This document shows positions 19,734-29,408 of a stretch of 64,000 bases of DNA, in pieces. The DNA lies in assembly GCA_963835065.1 (NCBI GenBank), contig CAWIEK010000043.1, positions 1 through 64,000 of the forward strand, read 5' to 3'. A program made the position numbers and the translations under genes. The stretch's first letter is position 1, and each line of letters starts with the position of its first letter. Source of the stretch: an uncultured Chthonomonadaceae bacterium. Lineage in GTDB: Bacteria; Armatimonadota; Chthonomonadetes; Chthonomonadales; Chthonomonadaceae. The notes below the pieces were generated by a model that was not told where the DNA came from, ran no database searches, and was given only the letters and a program-made list of their open reading frames with translations.

Positions 19734-19864
19734 GGATGAAGGAAGTTATGAGTGCTGAGTGCTGAGTGATGAATGAGGATTCTGTTCATCATTCATCACT
19801 CAGCACTCAGCATTTCCTCCTATTCCCTGTTTCCTGTTCCCTTCCTCATCATAGGAGCGACACG

Positions 19865-21202
19865 GTGGCTTTTCCTACAATGCTTTCTGCGCGACTGGCG
19901 TGTCTTATCGGATTGTTGCTGTTCCTACGTTTGCCGTGCCACGCGGGAACGGCAACCGGCGATGTTACAGGGCTTGTGCTTGATAAAGTAACCAAAGCGG
20001 CCATCATCGGCGCGCAGGTTTCATGCAGTACCCGAACTGCCGTCACGGATAGAACCGGGCGGTACACGCTGACCGGGCTGGCAACCGGCAATCGCTTGCT
20101 GGCTGTTGCCATGTCCGATTATCAGCCTGCCACTGTTCCGGTTGTGATTGCGGCTCGCGTCCAGATCACCGCGCCGAACGCGCTGCTCAATAGCGCGTCC
20201 ACACAATCGCGCGGGCCAAACACCACTATTGCGTGGAACGGCGGGAACTGGTACTTGGCGGGCAACAACTACGCCTGGTGGAACTACGGCACGGACTTCG
20301 GCACAGGCGGCTTCGGCAAGTACACCAACTTCACTCAGATCAACTCCGACTTCGCCACCATGCACAGCCAGCATGTGACGACAAGCCGCTGGTTCGTCTT
20401 TGCCGATGGGCGCTACTCCCCGGAGTTCGACGGCAGCGGCAACGTGACCGGCTTGGACAGCCAGTTCTTCTCGGACATAGACACCGCCTTGCAGATCGCC
20501 CACAACAACAATGTCTACCTCATCCTCAACCTCGCCGACTTCCTGATGTGGACAGGGCCGCGCACAAGCGGCACGGTCAGCGGCGGCGGACACGCTTCGA
20601 TGGTGACAAACGCGGCGGTGCAGCAAAGTTACCTGGAGAATGCCGTCAAGCCCCTGCTCCAGCATATCGCTGCCAGTCCCTACAAGAACAACGTTCTGGC
20701 GTATGACATCATCAACGAACCCGAATACACCATCTCCGAGATCACCGGCGGCGGCTTACCCTTAGCGCAGGTGCAGACGTTTGTGAAGAACTGCGCCACC
20801 TACATCCATCAGTACAGTGGCGGCGCGTATGCCACACTTGGCTCAGGAACGCCTCAGTGGGTGGGCTACTGGAAAGGGTTGGGGCTGGACTTCTACCAAC
20901 TGCACTACTACCCCAACTTCGACGGCAACGGACCGGGCAGTGGCTTGCCGCCCTATGCCTCTTTGAACCTGGACAAGCCCTGCATTGTGGGCGAGTTCGC
21001 CACCAACGACAACTCCTACACTCTTGGTGACACCACGCCTCTCAGCGCGCAGTGGCACTTGGACACCATCTTCAAGTACGGCTACGCGGGCGCGTTAGGC
21101 TGGAGCTACAACTACCACGACTATGAGGGCAACTGGAACGCCTTTGTCTCTGTCTTCTCCCCCTGGGTCAACGCGCATAGTACGGCTGTGGGACCGCAGT
21201 AG
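19865..21202 (+). CDS. Secreted GH5-like glycoside hydrolase (mannanase-like) with N-terminal carboxypeptidase-regulatory-like domain
   Basis: DIINEPE acid/base, HYY, KPCIVGEF nucleophile, GALGWSY; N-terminal VTGLVLDKVT...TDRTGRYTL. Confidence 0.85.
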   Translation: MAFPTMLSARLACLIGLLLFLRLPCHAGTATGDVTGLVLDKVTKAAIIGAQVSCSTRTAVTDRTGRYTLTGLATGNRLLAVAMSDYQPATVPVVIAARVQITAPNALLNSASTQSRGPNTTIAWNGGNWYLAGNNYAWWNYGTDFGTGGFGKYTNFTQINSDFATMHSQHVTTSRWFVFADGRYSPEFDGSGNVTGLDSQFFSDIDTALQIAHNNNVYLILNLADFLMWTGPRTSGTVSGGGHASMVTNAAVQQSYLENAVKPLLQHIAASPYKNNVLAYDIINEPEYTISEITGGGLPLAQVQTFVKNCATYIHQYSGGAYATLGSGTPQWVGYWKGLGLDFYQLHYYPNFDGNGPGSGLPPYASLNLDKPCIVGEFATNDNSYTLGDTTPLSAQWHLDTIFKYGYAGALGWSYNYHDYEGNWNAFVSVFSPWVNAHSTAVGPQ

Positions 21203-21215
21203 ACAAGGAGAAATT

Positions 21216-21380
21216 GGGAACCGCGAAACACACGAACTAAACGAAAAGAGGACAAAAAGGAAAGAGAAAAGCATTGAAAGAACCTGATGGGCGGGCTTCT
21301 TAGCTTTGCCTCCTTTTGCCTCTTTGCGGTTCTTTTCGCCTTTCCTTTTTTCGTCTTGGTTCGTGTGTTTCGCGGTTCCC
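21216..21380. repeat. Long inverted-repeat element (AACCGCGAAA type), copy 1
   Basis: 22-bp perfect IR GGGAACCGCGAAACACACGAAC; interior homologous (reverse complement) to 29190-29352. Confidence 0.85.
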
Positions 21381-21419
21381 TATCTCTCCCCTCTGCTCCT
21401 TACCTTTGGTTGTCATAAC

Positions 21420-22604
21420 TTACGTGTAGATGCGGCCTTTCCAGGCGACATGCGATTTACGCAACGTTTTCCAGAAGGATGCCCATTGAATAACAACAAG
21501 AGCGGCAATGGAAAGCGGGTGCAGCCAGATGCTATCGCTATGCCCGAACCGCCGCGCCTGCATGATGCGGATCAGCAAAATCAGCGCGATTTGTACGGCG
21601 CAGAGCCAGAGGAAGGGAAAAGGGAAAAGGAAAAAGGAAAAAGAAGCAAACCGAATACCGAATATCGAATACCAAACACCCAATAACAGCCACACGAACG
21701 GCAGCAGAAACAAAATGGTTTGCAGACCGCTCATTACAATCAGGGGCGCGACGCCGCCCAATCCTTCGTAGGCGTTGCGCGTGAAGCCGTTCCAGACGGC
21801 TTTCCCGCCCGCGTACATGCGGCACGAAATCAACGCGCTGGCATCGCATAATCTTACGGTTCGCCCCGATGCTTTCACGCGCCGCGCTAACTGTAGGCCG
21901 TCGTGAAACGAATGGGGAATGCTGCCGTGCCCGCCCACCGCTTCATACGCTTCGGCGGAAAACAACTCGAATTGCCCACACGCGGCCACCAGCTGCGGAA
22001 ACTTGCTTTCCCAAACCATGCGAATCGGCAGAAACGTGATAATCAGAAAATGCAGCATGGGCAGCACGACCCGCTCCGCAAACGTGCCCGTCACCTGATA
22101 GGGAAACGTGCTGACCATGCCCGCCTGCGTCTGCTGCGCATGGGCAAGGGACGCGCTTAACAGTTCCGGCTTGGCCCGCGTGTCGGCGTCCAAAAACAGC
22201 AGCCAATTCGCGCCCCGCTTCAACGCCTCTTCTCCTAATTGACTGCAAGCCCACACTTTGCCTGCCCATCCCGTTTCAATCGGCTTGCCGCGCAATAAAT
22301 GAACGCGATTGTCCCGCGCAGCAATTTCTTCGACAATCGCATCCGTGCCATCGTCCGAACCGTCGTCCAAAACGAGCAGCGTAAACGGCAGGGCAACTCC
22401 TTGCGTCGGCTGCGCCAGCAGTCCGTTCAAACACTCCCCGATGTTTGCCGCCTCATTCCGCGCCGGAATCAGCACAAACAACTTTTCATCGGGACGCGCC
22501 GGGGATAAATCGGGCGGCAAAACGGCATAATCGCGCAGGTTCCGCGCCACTAAAAAGACAAAGTTCAGCAGCAGCAGCGTAACGATGATCTGGTAAGTAA
22601 GCAT
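21420..22604 (-). CDS. Family 2 glycosyltransferase (CrtQ/CruG carotenoid-GT-like)
   Basis: IPARNE, DDGSDDGT, GWAGKVWAC, FLDAD, CRMY, C-terminal WKGR. Confidence 0.88.
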   Translation of the reverse strand: MLTYQIIVTLLLLNFVFLVARNLRDYAVLPPDLSPARPDEKLFVLIPARNEAANIGECLNGLLAQPTQGVALPFTLLVLDDGSDDGTDAIVEEIAARDNRVHLLRGKPIETGWAGKVWACSQLGEEALKRGANWLLFLDADTRAKPELLSASLAHAQQTQAGMVSTFPYQVTGTFAERVVLPMLHFLIITFLPIRMVWESKFPQLVAACGQFELFSAEAYEAVGGHGSIPHSFHDGLQLARRVKASGRTVRLCDASALISCRMYAGGKAVWNGFTRNAYEGLGGVAPLIVMSGLQTILFLLPFVWLLLGVWYSIFGIRFASFSFFLFPFPFLWLCAVQIALILLIRIMQARRFGHSDSIWLHPLSIAALVVIQWASFWKTLRKSHVAWKGRIYT

Positions 22605-22731
22605 CTTTAGATATTAGATATTAGATATTAGATATTAGTAAATTTCTCATTCTTTAACCTCTTTAGCGAAGAGTAAAGGTTATGGAGCAGTTTCCACTAA
22701 TATCTAATATCTAATATCTTCCTGACCCTCC

Positions 22732-23781
22732 CTAAATGGATTTCAGATACTGCAGCAGCAGGCGGGCGAGTTCGTGGGGGGCATCGCGGTGCATGATTTC
22801 GTAGCCGTGCGAGTTTTCCACCGGCAGGCCGAGGGTGACGGGGCGGGCGCACAAGCCTTTGGCCGCCGCGCAGCTTGCGTCGCTGCCGCCCCGCGATAGA
22901 TATTGCCAGTGCGGGGTTTGGCCCAACTCGCGGCAGCAGTCGGCCAGCAGGTCGCCGTCCTGCGCCTGCATCGCCGCATAACCGTCACGTACCCAGAGGG
23001 TCGGCTGCGCGTCAATGGGAAAATCCGCGTCCGTCGTTTTCGGGCCGATTTCCAGCGCAATGCAGATGTCGGGCGGCTTTTGGTTCATAATCCACAACGC
23101 GCCCTCGCCGCCCACTTCTTCGGATGCGGTGGCGGCAAAGGTAAGCTGCCCGTAACTCGCGTTTGGGTTTCCCGCCTGCGCTTGCAGCATTTCCAGCGCG
23201 AGCAGCATCACGGCAATGTCCGCCCGGTCATCCAGAAAATACCCGGATACAAACGCGCCGAACTCCGTCAGGCCACGCCGGGAGGGAGACAGCACAACGC
23301 GCAGGCCGACGCGAACGCCCTTTGCTTCCAGTTCCGTCCGGTTCATTCCCGTAAAAATGTAAGCGCGATCCCACGTCAGGGGATTGTGGCGGGCGTGTTC
23401 GGCAACGCTTTTTTCGTTGTTGGTGTGGATGCCGCCGAAGGATAGAATTCCCGGTACAGCGCCCTCCCGCGTTAAAATGTCCATCGGCCCCTCGCCCCAC
23501 TTCCACGGGTACGAGCCGCCATACGCCGCCACCCGGATTTTGCCGTCCTCTTCGATGTTGGTAATCATCAGGGCGATCTCGTCCATGTGCGCGGTGACAA
23601 GCACATTCGGACCATCGGCGCGGCCTTGCAGACGAACGACGACATTGCCTTTAACATCCGTTTCGGGCGCGTACCCAACTGTGGTAAGCCGCTGCATCAC
23701 CCACGCGGCAACGGCTTTTTCCTCACCGGGCGGGCCAATCAAAGCAATCAGTTGACGTATCAATTCGGTGCTGTCAGTCAT
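22732..23781 (-). CDS. M42-family metallopeptidase
   Basis: TAHMDEI, LDDRA, SEEVG, GGSDA, NSHGYE. Confidence 0.9.
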   Translation of the reverse strand: MTDSTELIRQLIALIGPPGEEKAVAAWVMQRLTTVGYAPETDVKGNVVVRLQGRADGPNVLVTAHMDEIALMITNIEEDGKIRVAAYGGSYPWKWGEGPMDILTREGAVPGILSFGGIHTNNEKSVAEHARHNPLTWDRAYIFTGMNRTELEAKGVRVGLRVVLSPSRRGLTEFGAFVSGYFLDDRADIAVMLLALEMLQAQAGNPNASYGQLTFAATASEEVGGEGALWIMNQKPPDICIALEIGPKTTDADFPIDAQPTLWVRDGYAAMQAQDGDLLADCCRELGQTPHWQYLSRGGSDASCAAAKGLCARPVTLGLPVENSHGYEIMHRDAPHELARLLLQYLKSI

Positions 23782-23907
23782 AAGTAGGGACAGAACTCCT
23801 TTGGAACAGTGCGTATCAACTGTGCATACGTACAAGTCCGCGCAGGAAGCGTCAGGGGCAATGGCGAAACTGAATCCAACGCGAGAAATTCAGGAGGGAA
23901 GAAACGG

Positions 23908-25222
23908 ATGCTGACACGCCGCAAACTGCTGCAAGCCACTGCGCTGACTACATTGGGAATGAACGCTATGACCGAGACTGCCGAAGCGTCCCTTCGCGCC
24001 GAGGCTTTGCCTGTCTGCCGATGCTCTGCCTTCCACCGGAACTTTCAATCCTGACCTGCAAAGTTTCGACGACACCATGACGGAATTTATGCAGAAGCGC
24101 AATGTTCCGGGCGGGGCGCTTGCGGTCGTGAAGGACGGGAAGTTGGTGTATGCGCGGGGGTATGGGTACGCGGACAAGGACGCGGGGCAGCGCGTTCAGC
24201 CCGGTTCGCTGTTTCGTATCGCCAGCATTTCCAAGCCGATTACCGCTGTGGCGATTATGACGCTGGTACAAAACCCGCGTACCAAACTGACGCTGGATAC
24301 CCGCGTGTTTCCCCTGCTCGGCCTCGCGCCGCATCTGGAACCCGGCGCGAAATTCGACCCGCGCCTCGACGCTATCACCGTCCGCAACCTGCTTCAGCAT
24401 ACGGGCGGCTGGGACCGGGACAAGTCCGGCGACCCGATGTTCATGCCGCTTGAAATCGCCCATGCTGTCGGTACGCCCGCGCCCGCCGACCCTCACGCGA
24501 TTATCCGCTACATGCTCGGAAAACTTCTGGACACCGATCCCGGTACGCGCTACGCTTACTCCAACTTCGGCTATTGCGTGTTGGGGCGCGTGATCGAAAA
24601 GGTGACGGGCCTGCCTTATGGAACTTATGTGCAGCAAAATGTTCTCGCGCCCCTGCACATCCACAACATGGCTTTGGGACGTTCGCTGCGCAAGTACCGG
24701 CACCCAAACGAGGTTTGCTACTATCAGCCCGGCGCAACCACCACGTCGGTTTTCCCGGAGTCAAAGGGCGAAGAAGTTTCCTGGTGCTACGGCGGCTTCA
24801 ACCTTGAAGCGCTGGACGCGCACGGCGGCTGGCTGTCGTCAGCGGTTGATCTGGTTCGTTTTGCGAGTGGATTGGACGCGCCGCAGGGCAAGCCGCTGCT
24901 GACGCCCGAAAGCGCTCGCGCCATGTACGCCCGTCCCGAATCCCTGACGAGCAAGGAGGACAAAACCAGCCCGGTATACTATGGCTTTGGGTGGCAGGTG
25001 CGCGAAGTGGGAACTGAAGCGCAGAATCGGCGCAACATCTGGCACACGGGCAGCCTGCCGGGTACAAGCACCTGGCTGATTCGCCGCTGGGACGGCCTGA
25101 CCTGGGCCGCGCTGTTCAATCAGCGTTCGGAGTCGGACGGCGAAATTGACAGCGCCCTGCATGTTGCCGCCGACAAAGTAAAAATCTGGCCCGCAGGCGA
25201 TCTGTTCAACAGGAACGGGTGA
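23908..25222 (+). CDS. Tat-exported serine hydrolase (class C beta-lactamase-like), frameshifted near 24010
   Basis: LTRRKLL Tat signal in one frame; ASISK, YSN, HTGS in the +1 frame. Confidence 0.85.
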
Positions 25223-25384
25223 TGAATGATGAATGATGAGTGATGAATGGAATTCTGATTCATCGTTCAGCACTCAGCATTATCGCGCTAATCAGGAGTT
25301 TACTTGAAATTCTCAGTCACGGTGACGGAGTACGTGGGCAGCAGGGGCGATGCCTCTAAAGGGGAAGGGAATATATAGAGGCAT

Positions 25385-25610
25385 CGTCGAAATCTTGGCA
25401 ATACAGCGCTTCCAGCCCGATGTCTCGTTGTGTCAGATTGTAGGAGAGAGGCGTCGTGACCTCGTAAGCGTCAGGGCGAACGGGGAGAGGGTACAGGCAT
25501 CTTCTTTGCACCTCCCTTCCGGGTTAGATTGTTGCGAGTTGCGAGTTCCTCATTGCGAGGAACTCCGAACTTTCAACGGCTCGCCACCTGGCTGATTAGT
25601 AGACGTGTGT
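25385..25610 (-). ncRNA. Putative structured ncRNA, copy A (IS110 bridge-RNA-like?)
   Basis: Homologous to 58796-59021; 52-nt identical block; ECF promoter upstream; 11-bp hairpin at 25348-25386 at the 3' end. Confidence 0.65.
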
Positions 25611-25616
25611 AAGTGT

Positions 25617-25644
25617 TTAGACGAGATGGAGGCCAAAAAGGTTC
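25617..25644 (-). promoter_or_regulatory. ECF/sigmaE-type promoter of ncRNA copy A
   Basis: GAACCT-N16-GTCTAA. Confidence 0.7.
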
Positions 25645-25784
25645 GTTGTTTCTGTGATTTCTGCCAATATTTTTCTACATATTTTTCTACTTTTTGGCGT
25701 GTTCTTTGTGGCTGTGGCAACCTGCTCTGTTTCGGTATAGGCAATTGTTTGCCGCGCGTCCAAGTGGAAGTCTGGAACATCGTT

Positions 25785-27014
25785 ATGCTGGAAGCCTTTC
25801 CGCAACAAAGCAATTCCTACACCCGACGCGAACACTGGTTCGCTCTCCTCCTTGCCGCCTCGCTCACAGGAGTCGTTTTGTGCAGGACGCATTTGCTGAC
25901 AGATGCTCATCCCGCGTTCGCCCTATCAATTGACCACCACAAATACCTCTACATGGCGCAAGAGCCGTTGACCTTTCATGTCGCGCCTTTTTGCTGGCGC
26001 ATACTGGTTCCGCTGCTGGCGCGGGCGCTGCCGTTCCCGCTTGCCACAAACTTCCTGCTGATTAGTGTGGTCGCCGTTTGTCTGATGGGAAGCGGGATGG
26101 TGCGCCTCGCCAGGAATTTAGGACACACGGACACGCTGGCTTTTAGCGCGGCGAGCCTGCTGTTTACGGTGGGATGGGCCACGAAGTTTGTGCTGCAAGA
26201 TTTCTGGCTGCCCGATGCGCTGGCGTTTTGCCTGACGGTCTGGGCTATGGTTTGCCTCGTAGAGAGGAGAACACTTGCGTTTGTCGTTCTGCTCACGGTC
26301 GGCGTGTGCGTGAAAGAGAGTGTCTTCTTCGTCGGCCCGCTTTGCTTTCATTTTCTGCCGGAGGAGCTACGCGGGTGGCGGCGCTGGAAACGGACACTAC
26401 AAATGCTGCTGCCTGCCGTGCTGACAATCGCCGCCCTGCATGGAGCCATTCCTGCCCGCAACAGCGACGCCGCCTATATGGCTTCGCTACCCCAACAATT
26501 GCGGGACGTTCAGCCCGGACTGCATTCTTATGCGCCCGGTGAGTTGTTCGCCTTGAATGGAGCGCCGCGCCTTCAACACGTTACCCTGCATGATCTCTCT
26601 CGCTATACACTCGGCACTTTCGGCGTCCTGATGGTTGCTTTGCCTTGTCTGGCCGCGCGAAATCGGCATGTGTTATGGCAGTTCGCCCCGTTTCTGCTGT
26701 TGGTGTACGCCCAGATATTATTTGCTTCCAATGTCGAGCGTCTGGCGGCAGCCGGATTTCCGGTGTTTATTCTAATGGCTATGAACGGCTTGGAAAGCGT
26801 CCAAAAACACTTTGCGCTTCCCGAATGGTTGCTGGTTCTTTTGCCCCTGCCCTTTGTGGCACTCATTCTGATTGACATAGACCGGAAGCAGGCTCCCTTA
26901 GCTGTACAGGGTGGGCTGTTTTGCGGCCTTGTCGTCACCCTTATAGGCTGGCATCTGCTGGCTCGAAAATTTCCCCTCAATTCAAAGGCTGCACGTTCTG
27001 ATACGTCAAAATGA
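25785..27014 (+). CDS. Polytopic membrane protein (GT-C-like)
   Basis: About 10 TM segments; DHHKY, PFCWRIL, PD and VKES motifs typical of GT-C-like proteins. Confidence 0.7.
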   Translation: MLEAFPQQSNSYTRREHWFALLLAASLTGVVLCRTHLLTDAHPAFALSIDHHKYLYMAQEPLTFHVAPFCWRILVPLLARALPFPLATNFLLISVVAVCLMGSGMVRLARNLGHTDTLAFSAASLLFTVGWATKFVLQDFWLPDALAFCLTVWAMVCLVERRTLAFVVLLTVGVCVKESVFFVGPLCFHFLPEELRGWRRWKRTLQMLLPAVLTIAALHGAIPARNSDAAYMASLPQQLRDVQPGLHSYAPGELFALNGAPRLQHVTLHDLSRYTLGTFGVLMVALPCLAARNRHVLWQFAPFLLLVYAQILFASNVERLAAAGFPVFILMAMNGLESVQKHFALPEWLLVLLPLPFVALILIDIDRKQAPLAVQGGLFCGLVVTLIGWHLLARKFPLNSKAARSDTSK

Positions 27015-27228
27015 ATTCGGCGTTACGGCGCTTATGCGGAGCGCCGAAAGAAGCAACGCGGAACTAACCAAGTTTCTTCTTGAAAGCGGAGCGGAAGTCA
27101 ACGCCCGAACGAGACACGGGGAAATGGCTTTTATTGAGGCGGCTAAGACGGATCAAACGGCTACGATAGAGAAGCCCCGGCGTTTATGCCTGAGGAGCAG
27201 TCACCTTCCCGTAATGTTGACAGTTTAG
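27007..27228 (+). pseudogene. Ankyrin-repeat gene remnant
   Basis: NEFGVTALMRSA...KFLLESGAEVNARTRHGEMAFIEAA, about 1.5 ankyrin repeats, no proper 5' end. Confidence 0.6.
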
Positions 27229-27295
27229 GCAGGGGCGGCGTATACCGATAACCTGGGTGCGTGTCGGAGCCTTTCACAGGGAAAGGAGTTCACCA

Positions 27296-27484
27296 ATGAA
27301 CATCAATACGACACCAAATCGCATCGAGTATAAGCCCATTGCCAATCGCGTCGAACCCAACAAGCCGGTTCTCAACCGCGTTTTGCCGAACAAGCCTGTA
27401 GAAAACCGCATACAGCATCAGGAAGTCGCCAACCGCGTCCTTCCGAACAAGGCGGTCGAGAACCGGGTAGACCTTTCGGCGTGA
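27296..27484 (+). CDS. 62-aa microprotein made of six NR(V/I) tandem repeats
   Basis: AAAGGAG RBS, upstream promoter motifs, terminator hairpin at 27503-27558. Confidence 0.75.
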   Translation: MNINTTPNRIEYKPIANRVEPNKPVLNRVLPNKPVENRIQHQEVANRVLPNKAVENRVDLSA

Positions 27485-27622
27485 ACAGCAACGGGATAAA
27501 TCAAAAAGAAGACGTGGGCGCTGTCGCATAAAAACGGCAGTGCCTGCGTCTTCTTTTGGCTTCATTAGCATCAGGCGAAAACCAGCCCATACGACGTAAT
27601 CACTCATACCAAATTCGCGGAA

Positions 27623-28093
27623 CTACAATTCGAGAATTTCTCGTTTTAGTTGCTGGCGTTCCTGCTCGGTAGATGTTCGCAGCGTGATACTGCATGTGGA
27701 AGTTTCATCCAGTGTCTCTCTTTGCTCTAAAGAAACCGCGTCCCGTATCCAGTTGAAGTAGATGGTAGTGGCCTTTACATCTATCACAAGGATTAAGACA
27801 GGGATGTTCATACTCAACAGTCTTTTCGCTTGAGAAGAAGGGAAGGAGAAACGATCTTTTATCTCCCGCTCTGTGGCTTTAACCTCAACCGCAGTAACGA
27901 CAATGGTTCCATCCGATTTCTGAAAGAAAGCCATGTAATCAATGCCCAAGTCTAAATCCTGCATTGGCGATAGATTGCACGGTTCAAGTTCCAAAAGGAA
28001 TTCCTGTGCCAGTAACTCGCCACGACGCGCTACGTACCATGCTTTGTTTTTCTGTTCTATCATGTCTATCATTTGAAAGACGCCTCTTGCCAT
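27623..28093 (-). CDS. DUF4365-like PD-(D/E)XK-fold protein
   Basis: RGE...DLGID...VEVKAT pattern; start uncertain. Confidence 0.65.
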   Translation of the reverse strand: MARGVFQMIDMIEQKNKAWYVARRGELLAQEFLLELEPCNLSPMQDLDLGIDYMAFFQKSDGTIVVTAVEVKATEREIKDRFSFPSSQAKRLLSMNIPVLILVIDVKATTIYFNWIRDAVSLEQRETLDETSTCSITLRTSTEQERQQLKREILEL

Positions 28094-28109
28094 ATCGAAA
28101 GCAAATTAC

Positions 28110-29098
28110 TCACTCCCACGCGCCGATGTACATCACTTCTTCTTCCAATAACACGCCGAATTTTTCCTGAACTCGCGCTTTCACATGCTCTGCGACGTGC
28201 CGTACATCGCTTGCCGTCGCGTTGCCTAAATTGACCAGAAAATTGCCGTGCTGCCGCGAAATGGCCGCGCCGCCGACCCGGTAGCCCTTGCAGCCACACG
28301 CTTCCGATAAATACCCGGCGGGAACCACGCCTTTTTGCTTCATCGGTTCGGGCAAGTTGGGCAGTTTTTGCGCCAGTTCCAGATCGTTGACGTTTTTGAA
28401 GAAACTGCCGGCTGAGGGTTCCCAGGGCTGTTTCAAAATGCGCTGCATTTGCAGGTCTTTGGCTTTCAGGCGGATTTGTGTTTTGGGCGCGGGCGTCAGG
28501 CGCAGGCGGGCGGCGAGCAGAGTGGCGGGACGCAGGTTGTCGCGGCGCAGGCGACTGTCGCGGTACGAAAACTCCATCCACTCCGGCCCGACCCATTTGC
28601 GCTCGCCCCGCTCCACCACTTCGACGGCTTCCACCAGATCGCAGATGTTGGCGCGGTAGGCTCCCGCATTGGACACCAGCGCGCCCCCGACCGTGCCCGG
28701 TATGCCTACCGCGAATTCCAGTCCCGGACAGTTCCGCCCGCATGGTTTTTACAAACAAGCGCATGAAGTTGTGTCCCGCATCCACGCGGGTTTCCGTTCC
28801 GATTTCCGCTTCCTGACAGGCGTTGCGCAGCACCATGCCGCGTATGCCCGCATCGCTGACGCACACATTACTGCCCTCGCCGAGTACGAAATGCGGCAGT
28901 CGGTACGCCTGCGCCACTTCCGCCACTTCCGCCAGCGCGTCTACTTGCGTGGCGTTCAAAAAGTAATCGGCAGGCCCGCCCACGCGCAAACTGGTATGCC
29001 GGCGCATCGGCTCCTCCCGCCGTCACTAGAGCGCGCGTTTCTTCCGAAAGACACGCCAGCGCGTCCTCCCATGTTCCCATTCGAGTCATCGTTGTCAT
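28110..29098 (-). CDS. murB: UDP-N-acetylmuramate dehydrogenase, two apparent frameshifts (~29015 and ~28725)
   Basis: HTSLRVGGPA, GEGSN, NAGAY, FSYRDS, QP...SAGSFFKN, HGNF, LEEEV spread across three frames. Confidence 0.92.
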
Positions 29099-29130
29099 AG
29101 CAGCATTTTAACACAAACCGCAGAGGAATT

Positions 29131-29405
29131 GAACCACGGGGAACACGGGAGAACACGGAGAGAAGAAGGGGAAAGACATTAGAGAGTGGAAACCGCGAAA
29201 CACGCTAAATAAACGAAAAGAATCCAAAAACAAAAGGAACCGCAAAGAGGCAAAGAAGGCAAAGAAGAGAAAATCGTTTACAAAGATTTTTTCAACGCTT
29301 TTCTTTTGTCCTTTTGTTCTTTTTTCGTTTATTTCGTGTGTTTCGCGGTTCCTCTCTCCTATCTCCTTCCTCTTCTCTCTGTGTTCTCCGTGTTCTCCGT
29401 GGTTC
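29131..29405. repeat. Nested long inverted-repeat element, copy 2
   Basis: Outer AACCACGG...CCGTGGTT arms with ~9-bp periodic units enclosing an inner AACCGCGAAA...TTTCGCGGTT element. Confidence 0.85.
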
Positions 29406-29408
29406 GTT

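Noticed and set aside
25385..25610. Duplicated element as tRNA, tmRNA, RNase P, group II intron or HEARO/omega RNA
   Set aside because: Lacks the T-arm/CCA end, GAGGAAAGUCC, the domain V motif and HEARO-like ends as far as I can see; Rfam search not run.
27296..27484. 27-30 bp periodic repeats as a CRISPR or guide array
   Set aside because: No constant repeat with unique spacers; variation is synonymous in one reading frame; no cas genes.
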